Shown here piece by piece: positions 1 through 11,700 of a stretch of 64,000 bases of DNA (positions are counted from its first letter, which is position 1; each line of letters begins with the position of its first letter). Origin of the DNA: Monocercomonoides exilis PA203 (Eukaryota > Protista > Preaxostyla); contig LSRY02000071.1 in the NCBI GenBank assembly GCA_001643675.2, positions 62,001-126,000 of the forward strand. Direction: 5' to 3'. A program made the translations under genes and the position numbers. The notes below the pieces were generated by a model that saw only the letters and a program-made list of their open reading frames with translations, searched no databases and was not told the DNA's origin.

Positions 1-3000
1 TTTTGCAATTCACGAGACATATTGGAAAAAATAGTTTGACTTCTGGAGAGAAATGAATATTTTTGTTATTTTTTTCTCAAAGAAAATGAAAAATATGTGA
101 GGAAAAACATGAATTTTCAAGAATTTTATACATAATTCATTAAAACCTCCTTTCTCGATTAATCTAACAGTTGCTTCAAAAAATTAATAAAAAAATAAAT
201 TTTGGTAAGATGTAACAAATTGGGTCCCAATTTTTGCTGTGAAAAAATTAGAATGCTGTAGCAAATTTGACACACTCGAATGAAAACATTCTTCCAATGA
301 TATTTTTTGTTCTGAAAAATCATGATTTTTATTGAAAAATCCTATCATAACATTATTTTTAAATCATTATCACTCAAATGGTGGAACAGATCCATTCAAA
401 AATTTTTTCAGGATAATGAAAAGAAAACTTTAAAGATGATGAAATATCTACAGATTCTGTTAATAAAAACAATTTTATTTGAGGATTTTTTGATTAAAGT
501 TAAATAAAGAAGGAAATATGTTGGAGAATGAAGAAAAAATCTAATGTTTCTATCAATTTTTGAAAATTCTTGTTCGGTTTTTGGTAGTGAACCAGAATTG
601 TTCTTTAGATTTGTTAATTCGTTAAAACAAAATTATTCATTTTTTTATCGAATTATCAACAATGGAGTATTTTTAAGATATAATTCAAGATGATTATTAA
701 AAAAAATTTTTGGACCCAATTCTTTACACTTTACCTAAATATTCATATCTTAAAACCATTTTAAGTGAATTTTTTATTTTCAAAAAATTCTTTCATAGTG
801 TAAATTTTTTTTCAATGAAAACGCCTTTAGCGGTATATTTTGCCTCATGCATCATCCTGCAGAAGCATCATTCATGAGCATTGCAGCAAATGCACGAGTG
901 TCAATGATGCTTTGAATTAGAATTTCATTTTTCTTTCTTTTTTTATTGGTTTATTTGCTTAGCTCGTTATTTAATAAATGTGGAAATATCAACGCGTAAA
1001 AAATATAAGTTGAACAAATAAATCTGCACAACAAACTTTTGAAAAAACATCTGATATTGTTATTTTCACTTTTTCGTCTTATTTCTCAGTGTTTCTTGAA
1101 AATTTTCAAAGCGAAATTTTTTGACAGAAAACAAATGATATCAAAAAGGAATTAACTGTCGATTGAAAAATAGGAATTACTTTTCATTTAATAGCTGCTC
1201 ATTTTTTTCAGTGTGCATTTCTCACACAATCATGTTGTGCTTTGTTCAAAATGATATTATTTATTCAGAATTGTTTTATTCTTTATTTTTCCAACATATT
1301 TGTGTTGTTGGATAAAGAAGCCATGGGGATATGTTGGTGACTGATTTTTGAACACAACCAGGTTTATCATTTTATTCTGACCGTTATTTATATGAGTAAT
1401 AATTTTTGAAAAATCACAAAACACTTATTTTTTGTATTTCTTTTTGAAATGTTTTTTATTCATTTCAATTCCTTATGTTACTCATGCTTCACAAATGAGT
1501 TTGTCACAATAAATTTTGAATGAACAACAACGAAATGTGTTTGTCAATGTTTTGGGTGATAATCTTTGAAATCATAACTTTTTTAGAAGTGCTAATCAAT
1601 AAAACATTTATGTTTGAAATATAAATTTTTTTTTGTTGTTCCCAAAATACTTTATCAAAATTGATGTTGTGAACTGTTGAATTTGAATTTTCACTTATTT
1701 TCCTATGATGAATATTTTCTAATTAATGTTCGAAAGAAATTGTGATTTCAAAGATGATCACCCAAAACATTGACAAACACATTTCGTTGTTGTTCATTCA
1801 AAATTTATTGTGACAAACTCATTTGTGAAGCATGAGTAACATAAGGAATTGAAATGAATAAAAAACATTTCAAAAAGAAATACAAAAAATAAGTGTTTTG
1901 TGATTTTTCAAAAATTATTACTCATATAAATAACGGTCAGAATAAAATGATAAACCTGGTTGTGTTCAAAAATCAGTCACCAACATATCCCCATGGCTTC
2001 TTTATCCAACAACACAAATATGTTGGAAAAATAAAGAATAAAACAATTCTGAATAAATAATATCATTTTGAACAAAGCACAACATGATTGTGTGAGAAAT
2101 GCACACTGAAAAAAATGAGCAGCTATTAAATGAAAAGTAATTCCTATTTTTCAATCGACAGTTAATTCCTTTTTGATATCATTTGTTTTCTGTCAAAAAA
2201 TTTCGCTTTGAAAATTTTCAAGAAACACTGAGAAATAAGACGAAAAAGTGAAAATAACAATATCAGATGTTTTTTCAAAAGTTTGTTGTGCAGATTTATT
2301 TGTTCAACTTATATTTTTTACGCGTTGATATTTCCACATTTATTAAATAACGAGCTAAGCAAATAAACCAATAAAAAAAGAAAGAAAAATGAAATTCTAA
2401 TTCAAAGCATCATTGACACTCGTGCATTTGCTGCAATGCTCATGAATGATGCTTCTGCAGGATGATGCATGAGGCAAAATATACCGCTAAAGGCGTTTTC
2501 ATTGAAAAAAAATTTACACTATGAAAGAATTTTTTGAAAATAAAAAATTCACTTAAAATGGTTTTAAGATATGAATATTTAGGTAAAGTGTAAAGAATTG
2601 GGTCCAAAAATTTTTTTTAATAATCATCTTGAATTATATCTTAAAAATACTCCATTGTTGATAATTCGATAAAAAAATGAATAATTTTGTTTTAACGAAT
2701 TAACAAATCTAAAGAACAATTCTGGTTCACTACCAAAAACCGAACAAGAATTTTCAAAAATTGATAGAAACATTAGATTTTTTCTTCATTCTCCAACATA
2801 TTTCCTTCTTTATTTAACTTTAATCAAAAAATCCTCAAATAAAATTGTTTTTATTAACAGAATCTGTAGATATTTCATCATCTTTAAAGTTTTCTTTTCA
2901 TTATCCTGAAAAATTTTTGAATGGATCTGTTCCACCATTTGAGTGATAATGATTTAAAAATAATGTTATGATAGGATTTTTCAATAAAAATCATGATTTT

Positions 3001-3311
3001 TCAGAACAAAAATATCATTGGAAGAATGTTTTCATTCGAGTGTGTCAAATTTGCTACAGCATTCTAATTTTTCACAGCAAAAATTGGGACCCAATTTGTT
3101 ACATCTTACCAAAATTTATTTTTTATTAATTTTTTGAAGCAACTGTTAGATTAATCGAGAAAGGAGGTTTTAATGAATTATGTATAAAATTCTTGAAAAT
3201 TCATGTTTTTCCTCACATATTTTTCATTTTCTTTGAGAAAAAATAACAAAAATATTCATTTCTCTCCAGAAGTCAAACTATTTTTTCCAATATGTCTCGT
3301 GAATTGCAAAA
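1..3311. repeat. Giant palindrome P1: arms 1-1560 / 1757-3311, probably extending beyond the window start; spacer 1561-1756
   Basis: Base 1 onward (ttttgcaattcacgagacatattgg) is the reverse complement of ~3287-3311. Identity continues inward to tttgggtgat (1560) / atcacccaaa (1757), apart from homopolymer-length differences. Confidence 0.97.
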
Positions 3312-5042
3312 TAAGTGATACAAAAAAATCTTTTTTCTTTTCTTTTTAAGTTGAGAAAATTCCATTTGTTTTTTTTTTAAAAAAGAAGTGACGTTGACAA
3401 ATCGAACTGCTAATTTGGGTTGAGGAAAAAAGTTGACTGATTTGTTCTTTATTCTCTTCTCAGCAAATTTCCCAAAAAATAATGCCAGAAAATATTTGCC
3501 ATTCATTTGCTTCTCCACCTTCTTTTTATCATTTTTCCAAAATATTATTATCTTCTTTCCCCAGACATTGATTGTCGCCCCTTCACTCACATGCTTCCCA
3601 CTCAGCACTGTGATTGTCGAGCTCAGCTGCGCCATGCTCGACCCCACCGCATGCCCCACTGTCTTGCAAGGTGCTGCCTCACTCATCCCACACAGATTGC
3701 TCGAGTCACTTCCACCCACCCCAACAAACCGATCCTTCATCCCTTCCTTCAGCCAATCCTTCTTTTCTGTATATTGATAATACCAACTTCCAGATTTATA
3801 ATAACGGCACACTCTCGTATCATTGCTATTCGTTGTATATGATTCATAGAACGGGTTAGCCGATGAAAACAGATTGTAGTCATCTCGAAAATACACATCG
3901 TGGCCATATGGAGTGGAAGCGTTGCAACTACAATCATGGAAGAAGAAGAAATAGCAATAAATGTTGTTGCTTGGAGCTGTTGATTGATATGGATAAAAAT
4001 ACAATCCTCCGCCATATGATACAGCTGAGCACGAAATGAACTGGAGGCTCCTCATTTTGAATGCAGCTGGAACATTTTGGCAAAACATCCCTCCTCCGCC
4101 AGTGCTCGAAAGTGTACATGAAGTGAAGAAACACTCAAACACACAAGCACTCTCTCCTTTGCCACTTTCCGTTCCAACACATGAAGATCCAGAAATATTA
4201 AAAGAATTTAGAAAAAGTCCTCCTCCATTATATTTTGCAGAACATTTCTGGAATTCACAACCACTTATCCTGACACACGACGAAATTGATTCAGCAAGCA
4301 TCCCTCCTCCAGCCCAATTTTGAGCAGAGCATGCATTGAATGAGTTGTTCTCAATCTTGATGGAATTTATTGAAACGCAAAAAATTCCTCCACCATCCCA
4401 ATATGCAGTGCAGTCATTGAACGAACAAAACTTCACTGAAAGTGTTCCTGATGCCTTATTATACATGTAAATTGCTCCACCATTTGAAGTTCCATCTGAA
4501 TAAGAAGTTCCTGTTCCAGTTGTATTTGACCCATTCCACACACACCAAGTGAATGAATTCGCCCCATTGTCTGTAATCTGCTGTCTCGCTGGTTTCGATG
4601 GATTCCCTTCACTCCCATTGACTGCAACATTCTGAGACCGATAGCATCTGACAAATGAGGTGTTTGAGGCAGCCAATGAAGATGAGGGGCTGTTCAGCGA
4701 GGGGACAATGCCCCCATCATACACATCCCACACTGATGAAAATGTGCATCCACTCATCAGAAATGATGTTTGGCTCAGACTTTCACCCAGTTGTCTTGTT
4801 TTCTGTGGATTTGTGGAGACGTTGAAGAAGGTCAGTTTGGAAAGAGATACAAGGGGTGCCAGGGGAGGTGCCAGAAACGGGGCTGACATCACACAAAAAG
4901 ATGAGAAACCAGACTCACTCACCAGAACACTCCCTCCTCCTTCGCTTTCTTCTTCTCTTTTTTCTTCTCTTCTTTCACTTCCTCTTCCTCCACCTCTCTT
5001 TCCTCCGCTCTCTCCTCCTTCATCTCTTCCTCTACCTCTCAA
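3273..5042 (-). CDS. Family copy A: Cys/Gly-rich FxxC-GGG repeat (putative beta-helix surface) protein, 3'-truncated; possibly a pseudogene or cassette
   Basis: 589-aa ORF with family motifs C.FSSV.D.YDGGIV, FTWC.W.GS, GGAI, GESACVF.C.FTSC, FKMRS.QFISC, YGHDV, KDWLK. Homology stops at GKKII and the last ~90 aa read into AT-rich DNA. Confidence 0.75.
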   Translation of the reverse strand: MRGRGRDEGGESGGKRGGGRGSERREEKREEESEGGGSVLVSESGFSSFCVMSAPFLAPPLAPLVSLSKLTFFNVSTNPQKTRQLGESLSQTSFLMSGCTFSSVWDVYDGGIVPSLNSPSSSLAASNTSFVRCYRSQNVAVNGSEGNPSKPARQQITDNGANSFTWCVWNGSNTTGTGTSYSDGTSNGGAIYMYNKASGTLSVKFCSFNDCTAYWDGGGIFCVSINSIKIENNSFNACSAQNWAGGGMLAESISSCVRISGCEFQKCSAKYNGGGLFLNSFNISGSSCVGTESGKGESACVFECFFTSCTLSSTGGGGMFCQNVPAAFKMRSLQFISCSAVSYGGGLYFYPYQSTAPSNNIYCYFFFFHDCSCNASTPYGHDVYFRDDYNLFSSANPFYESYTTNSNDTRVCRYYKSGSWYYQYTEKKDWLKEGMKDRFVGVGGSDSSNLCGMSEAAPCKTVGHAVGSSMAQLSSTITVLSGKHVSEGATINVWGKKIIIFWKNDKKKVEKQMNGKYFLALFFGKFAEKRIKNKSVNFFPQPKLAVRFVNVTSFLKKKQMEFSQLKKKRKKIFLYHLFCNSRDILEKIV

Positions 5043-5739
5043 TAAAATATTTCTTATGACTCCAAAAATCTTACAACCCTTTTCTTGTCCCTTTCTGCTG
5101 CATATGTGATGAATCTCATAAAAAATATATAACAGACCTTCGCTGTCAATGCATTTTTATAATTAATGATCCTATATAGCTTTTTCTCAAGCTAATTCCG
5201 CCATTGACCTTCACTTTCTATCGTTTGATGTAATTTCACTCCCTTGAAGTTTTACGAAAACGCCAGCAAAAACAATTTTGTTCAAACAAATAAAAAGAAA
5301 AACAATAAATCATATTAAAAATAGGTCAAATAATATCACCAATAAAAATGTCATACCTTTGTTTTCCTTTTCTCTCGCTCACTTTTCTCAAAGAATCATC
5401 GTATTCCTTGTCCCCTCATCCCTTCCATCATCTCCAACAAAAACAAAACATGCTGCAATCTCCATCCATAAAGATATCCCTTTTGGTTTATATTCCGAGG
5501 AGCATTCCTTTCTCCTTTTTTGAATAATTCTTTGTTGAACTGACTTTCCTCTATTTTTCTCCAAAATCTCTTTTCTCTTTTTTCTTCTTCATATCCTCCC
5601 TTAATTCATATTTCCCATTCATTCCCTTCTTTCAGCTCTTCTTCGGATGTTCCAAAAAAAAAAAAAAAAAATTCATTCTTCTAATTCCTCTTGTTTTCCT
5701 TCTTCATCTCTTTTTCTTTTCCCTATCTTCTGCTTCAGC

Positions 5740-8060
5740 TTCAGCTTCTTTTTCTTCTTCTCGAATTTTAATCAAATTTCTTCTTCTGCTGTATCATCAA
5801 TTCCTTGATCTCATTTTTGGCTTTTAACAAGATTCGTCCTATATGTCTTCCAAAACCTTCTAAAATTTTTTAATCTTCTTTTCATTTCATTCATTTGCAT
5901 TTTGCGCCCGCTCATTTCACTCAACGTTCTGCAATTGTCATATCCTGACTTCTTTTAATGCATCCAACATCCTCTTTTTCCACATCCCACGTTCATTCAT
6001 TGCCATCGAGCAGTCCTGTGAAAAAACCTAATTTCATTAATAAAAAATAACATTTGATAAAAAATATTAATAAAAAAATGCAAACCTATATCTTTCGCAA
6101 TGACCGCCTTTCGCTGACTTTTTCTTTCTTCTTCTTTTTAAAATATTAACAAAAGCTCAATCCTCTGTTCTGCTTCCACTCAAATAACCTTCACAAACTC
6201 CGTTCTATAAAAAACAAGCAATGAAGAAGATTCTATCCAAAGAACCCCTTCCCATCTCTTTCCACTCAATTGTCTTCTTCTTCTCTCCATTTCCCCTCAA
6301 AACAACAACAATACCACTCCACCAAATATCACAATCCATGTCCTCCCCAGCTCCCATTGCCCTTCTTCCAACCAATAAAAAAATAAATACCTCCATCCTT
6401 TTTCTGTCTCTTTCCATTGCAAGACACCCTTTCGTAGTCAGCTCCTCATCTTCCTCTGCCTCCACACCTCCAATGCAAAGTGCCAGCGCTGATGTTCCTT
6501 CTTCCCGTCTTCCTCCACCTCTGCCTCCATCCCTTGCCCTGCAAATGAGAGGCGCGACCAAACGGTTCACAAAATAAATTATATAAAAATATGAAGAAAA
6601 TTTTTCTTTCGTTTTTCTTCTTCTTCAACCCCATTTCCCCCTCTACTTGTACATCCACAAATACTCTCCCTCTTGTTCCGCCTCATATGAACCCTCCTCT
6701 CTCTCTCTACATTTGAAAATAAAAAAACATCTCCTCCCCATATCTCTCCATCCCTCATCCTCTCCTCCAATAAATATTCCATTCACTCCACTCATCTTCC
6801 GCCCTTCTTATCTTCCCCCTCGCCCCACCTCCTCAACAACAAATTCCATTTCTCAAATAACAAACATCCCTCCAACTCATTCCAACTCGCAAAAATCTCA
6901 ACAACAACCCCTCCCAACCTCATCCCAATCCATCTCCCGCACATCCATTTTGCCTCTTAAATCTCACAAAAATGCCTCTTTCTCCCTCCAAAAAAATATT
7001 CTTTTATCGTTCCTTTCCCCCTCCAAAACCCTGCTTCCTCCAAAAACTCAACTTCATCACCCCATACCACAAATCCATCCTTTTGTTATCGCATTGTCTT
7101 CATATGCCCGTTCAGCAACGACACATCGAGTAGGACTTTCTTTTCTTTTGTGGCTCTAATTCGTTATGGAAAATGATCAAGTTTTGCCAAATGCTCAGAA
7201 ACTGCCAACGGGGACAGATTCCGAAGCTAAAACAAAGGCAGGTTGACTAAGTGAAATATTTCCAGTGAAAAGGTTGGGTATTACAAAAGAATATCTGCTT
7301 GATGGAAGATGAAATTGTTTATTTTGATTGTTGGAATGCTGTGGAGCAACAATATTTTCGATGGAAATGAAGAATTTTCGATGTATGTATTTTATATTGT
7401 TCTGTTGATTGTGAAGATGTTATCGTCCGTATCCTCTCCAAAGTCGTGATTCAGTCAATTTATTTAAAATGGACGATTTATTCCATGCAGAGGAGAACAA
7501 CGAGGAAGCGAGACAAATGTTATCTTACAAATATATTATTAGAGCCTGAATGTATTTTATCATAAATGTTTATGTGACTTATAATGGACTCAACATGCGC
7601 GATGGATAGAAATTCGATGAAAAATGAATATTGATGGAGCAGAAATCGACGGGATTGGAAGATGTCCAAGACAAAAAAGGAAGAATAGCCAATCTCTATG
7701 AAAAGGCTGCCTTTTTTTTAAAAAGAGGAAGAGGACATTTTCAGAAAAATTTTATTGGGGAGATTGAGCAGATGAGTGTAAAAGGACTTTGGAGGCAGCT
7801 AGAGCAGGACAAGGCGCGTTTCTTGGGATGAGAAGGGCAAGACATTGATTTTATGGACCGGGGGGAGCGATGGAACTGGATTAGATTACTTGGCTTGAGA
7901 GGCGAAAATAAGAGGAAAACAGACAATTTGGCGTAATACAAGCAGCTGGAGGCAAATGATAGGTAAAATGGATTTGAGTCATTTAACCTTTGTCTTCAGC
8001 CTTCTATCATTGAAACGTTATTCACAAGAGCAGAGAACGAGGTTGCGATGCTGAAGATAT
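5740..8060. repeat. Diverged segmental duplication: inverted paralogue at ~49960-52330, direct paralogue of the first part at ~63270-64000
   Basis: Shared strings such as atcatcaattccttgatctcattttt and gagcagtcctgtgaaaaaacctaatttcat. ORF 6205-6570(-) MNRLVAPLICR..REEGTSALALCIGGVE matches 51430-51627(+), with many substitutions. Confidence 0.85.
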
Positions 8061-9131
8061 CTTCTGACAGAAGACACATAGTATTCAAACTTGACAATAA
8101 CATCGCATTCACCATCTTCATCATCTTCATCTCTGTCATTGCCATCATTGCTGTCATTATCTTCTTCTTCTTCATTAAAAATTATATTGAAGGATTTTTA
8201 TTATTTGTGTGTTATTCGAGCGGAATCAGTGCCGAGGATTGGAAATAAAGCAAGTTGTTGGAAGCAGAACAGAATCACTTTCATTGATGTTGAGATTGGC
8301 AGCGGAGACAGATCAGCTGGGTGTTGTTGGCAGAAAAGGACAATATTTTGAGAGGCGCTCGAAGAAGAAGAAAGTGTGTGAAGATTGGCAATAAATATAT
8401 TTCAGAGTTTGTTTTGTATTATTTTTTTTTCCTCCAATTTTTTCAAATATTTATTTATTTATTTTGAGGGATTAAGATTTACGGAAGGACATTTTCAGGC
8501 AACGAATGAACATGGGAAAAAGAGCATATTTGATGCTTTTCAGAAAGCAGGCAATGACAATTTTTTTAGAATATCGAAGAATGAGCCAGAGGTATTAAAT
8601 GAAATGAATGGAAGAGGAGGGATTTGAAGATTTATGTTGAATTTTGAAAAAGAAGGAGAGAAAGCAACAGAAAAGGATAATCGGAAAATAGAAGAAATGG
8701 CTGAAGAAGAAATTTGAAAAAAATTAGAGAAGAAGAAAAGAAAAAAGGAAGAAGAAGAAAAGGAAGAAGATTGAAAAAAGAAAATGGTACTGATTTGTGA
8801 TATTTTTAATATCAATTTTATGTATTTTTTTATATTTTTTCTTTATTTTTTTTAATGATAATAGGGACTTTTGCATGAATATTCAAAAGCGAAGAATGCG
8901 AATGGAATATGGAAAGAAGGAAGAAAATTGAAACAAAAGGCAAAAAAGAGATGAGGGGAAGCCATGATGATCAGAAGGGGAAGAAGAAGCAGAAAAAATG
9001 ATACAATCATATTGAGATATTTTGCAACGTTGTGCTAAAGGCGTTGAGAAGAGAAGGTTGCGTTGAAGAAAGAATTTCAGTAAGCGAATAACAATTCTCA
9101 TCTTTTTGCCAATTTTTTCTCATCGCCTTTC

Positions 9132-10613
9132 ATGCCCCTTATATCCCTCTTTCATTTGACATTTTTCAACATGTCAACGGAATCCACAGATTATCCATCC
9201 CCAGCAACTATGTCAACCCAAACCTCATATCTTATGAACAGCTGTTCATTCTCATCAGTCTGTGATGCATATGATGGCGGGATTGTTCATTCTTTGAACA
9301 ACCCCTTGGCTTCTCTAACTGCCTCAAACACTTCATTTATTGGGTGTTGTCGAACAAGGAATGTTGTATGTGAAGGAAATGCAGATAGAAAATTGACTCC
9401 AGGGAGACAGAATGAAACATTCAATGGAGCAAACTCATTCACTTGGTGCGAGTGGAACGGATCGAGGACAACAGGAACAAACAATGATTACACCGATGTT
9501 GCTTCAAATGGAGGGGCCATCTGCATGTATGGTCAATCAAATGCCACTGTTTCAATTAAGCACTGCTCTTTCAACAACTGCAATGCTTTCTTTGATGGAG
9601 GGGGAATCATGTGTGCAAACATAAAATCGGTTGAAATTGAAAGCAACTATTTCAATTCATGTTCAGCTCAAGTGAATGTTGGGGGAGGGATATGTGTTTA
9701 TATTATTTCAACATGTGTTCGGATCAGCAAATGTGACTTTCAAAATTGCAAAGCAAAAGAACGAGGAGGAGGACTTTTTCTTGAGAATTTCCAGGTTTCA
9801 GAAGGATGCATTGGAGAAGAAAATGGAGAAGGGGAGAGTGCGTGTGTGTTTGACTGCAGTTTCACTTCATGTTCACTTACGAACAGTTGGGGTGGAGGTA
9901 TGTATTGCTACAATATTCCTACAGCATTCAAAATGAGGAGCATTCAGTTCATTTCATGTTCAGCAACGTCAGCAGGTGGAGGATTGTATTTTTATCCAAA
10001 TCAAGCAACAGCACCAGATGATAAAATTTATTGTTATTTTTTGTTCTTTCATGAATGCAAATGCAGAACAACCTCTACTCCGTATGGACATGATGTTGAA
10101 TACGTTGATTCTTTCAATGTCTATTTGAATTCAGGAAATCCGTTCTATGAATGTTACACCACAAACACGAATGAACAGAGAATGTGCTATGCATACAACT
10201 ACTCGAATGCAGGTGCCTGGTCTCATCAGCACACAGAAAAGTGGAATTGGCTGAAGAGAGGGATTCTCAACCGGTTTGTGGCAGTGAGTGGTGGAGGCGA
10301 AGAAGAGTTGTGTGGATTGGATGAGTCAAGTGCATGCAGAACCATTGGTGTTGCAGTTGATAAGAGCAAGATCCAGGTGAGTCTGTCAGTCACACTGATG
10401 GGCGGGAATCACATAAGTGAGACAGCAACAATTGAAATTGGAACAAAAAAGATTATTGTTGTTGGGGCAGGCATTGAGAAAAGTTCGAATGGAACAGAAG
10501 CGAATTCGTATTCTTCGTCTTCTTCGCCTTTATCTCCATATTCGCCTTCTTCGCCATCATTTACTCCTCTTAATTTGTCAATTTCATTTTTTCATTCTAT
10601 TTGTTCTTCTTAA
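9132..10613 (+). CDS. Family copy B (KRGILNRFVAV-type module), ending in a Ser-rich tail
   Basis: 493-aa ORF with all core motifs. The usual upstream SES motif reads agc gaa taa (stop) near 9083-9091, so the 5' part is decayed. Confidence 0.75.
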   Translation: MPLISLFHLTFFNMSTESTDYPSPATMSTQTSYLMNSCSFSSVCDAYDGGIVHSLNNPLASLTASNTSFIGCCRTRNVVCEGNADRKLTPGRQNETFNGANSFTWCEWNGSRTTGTNNDYTDVASNGGAICMYGQSNATVSIKHCSFNNCNAFFDGGGIMCANIKSVEIESNYFNSCSAQVNVGGGICVYIISTCVRISKCDFQNCKAKERGGGLFLENFQVSEGCIGEENGEGESACVFDCSFTSCSLTNSWGGGMYCYNIPTAFKMRSIQFISCSATSAGGGLYFYPNQATAPDDKIYCYFLFFHECKCRTTSTPYGHDVEYVDSFNVYLNSGNPFYECYTTNTNEQRMCYAYNYSNAGAWSHQHTEKWNWLKRGILNRFVAVSGGGEEELCGLDESSACRTIGVAVDKSKIQVSLSVTLMGGNHISETATIEIGTKKIIVVGAGIEKSSNGTEANSYSSSSSPLSPYSPSSPSFTPLNLSISFFHSICSS

Positions 10614-11700
10614 CAATTATCATCATCTTCCACTTCTTCATCTTCTGAGTCGTCCTCGCCTATTTTATGAAAGCACAAGTTGAAGGAGCAATTCGAATGG
10701 AAGCAGAACAGGAGAATGGAAATGGGATGTTTATTTTTGGAGGAGCAGAAGAGATACAAAGCTGTTGATTGAATGATGGAAGAATGAGATGAGGGGAAAT
10801 GAGTGCTTTTGCAGAAAGGACGATATTTTGAGAAGAAGAAAGAAGAAGAACAGAAACAATGAAGAATGGAGATTATACAAGGTTTGAATTCATATTTTTT
10901 TATTTTTAATAAAAGAAATAACATTTTATCAAAATTTTCTAATATATATTTTTATTTGAAATTAGGATCTTTTTGGAAGAATATCTTCATCTGATAAAAG
11001 CGCAAGATATGAGAAAAGATGGATTTTGAGGCAATCCCGGGAAGATGGCAGAAGGCAGGAAATGGAATGGGCATGGATGAGTGAGCAAAGGGAAACATAT
11101 GAAATGGATGGAAAAGAAGGGATTTGCGAAATGGAAAAGGTATTTTGAAAAGGGGGAGGGGAAGCGATAAAAGATAGAGAGAAGAGAAATTGAAGAAATG
11201 GCAGAAGGAGAAATTTGAGAAATAGTTGAGAAGAAGAAGGCATTAATAAGAAAACAGATTGAAAAGGAATGAAAGGAGGGAAATAAGAGGAAAAAGGAAT
11301 TTGAAGATCGAATGTTTTGAGGAGCATTTGAAGAAGAGTGAGAAAAATGGAAGGGGATGAAAAGTTTGTTGTGGGAATGGAGAAGGATGTTGAGGGAGGG
11401 GCATTTGATGTGAGTGGGAGCATTGGGGCGTTGACAAACATCACATTGAAAGGGTGGAGAAGAGGGGGAGATTTACTCTGGAAGGCTGTTTGGAGGGAAG
11501 GGATATGGAAGGGAGAAGGGTGGAGGTGAAGAAAAAGGAGGAGAAGAAGGAGAAAGAGGAAGAGATAGAGGAAGAGGAAGAGAAGGAGATGGAGAAGGCA
11601 TTGAAGGGAGTATTTCGGTGAGTGAATCACACTTCTCTTCTTTTTGTGTCTCATCAGCCCCATTCCTCTCATCCCCTTCAATTCCCCTTGTATCCCTCTC
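10550..11700. repeat. Intergenic/5' block with an inverted paralogue at ~48430-49600
   Basis: MRKMEGDEKFV.GMEKDVEGGAFDVSGSIGALTNITLKGWRR occurs at 11338(+) and 48797(-). ctgagtcgtcctcgcctatttt at ~10646 is matched by its reverse complement at ~49474-49495. Confidence 0.85.

Noticed and set aside
1561-1756. Telomere fusions at palindrome centres
   Set aside because: No TTAGGG-type or other telomeric tandem repeats occur at any axis.
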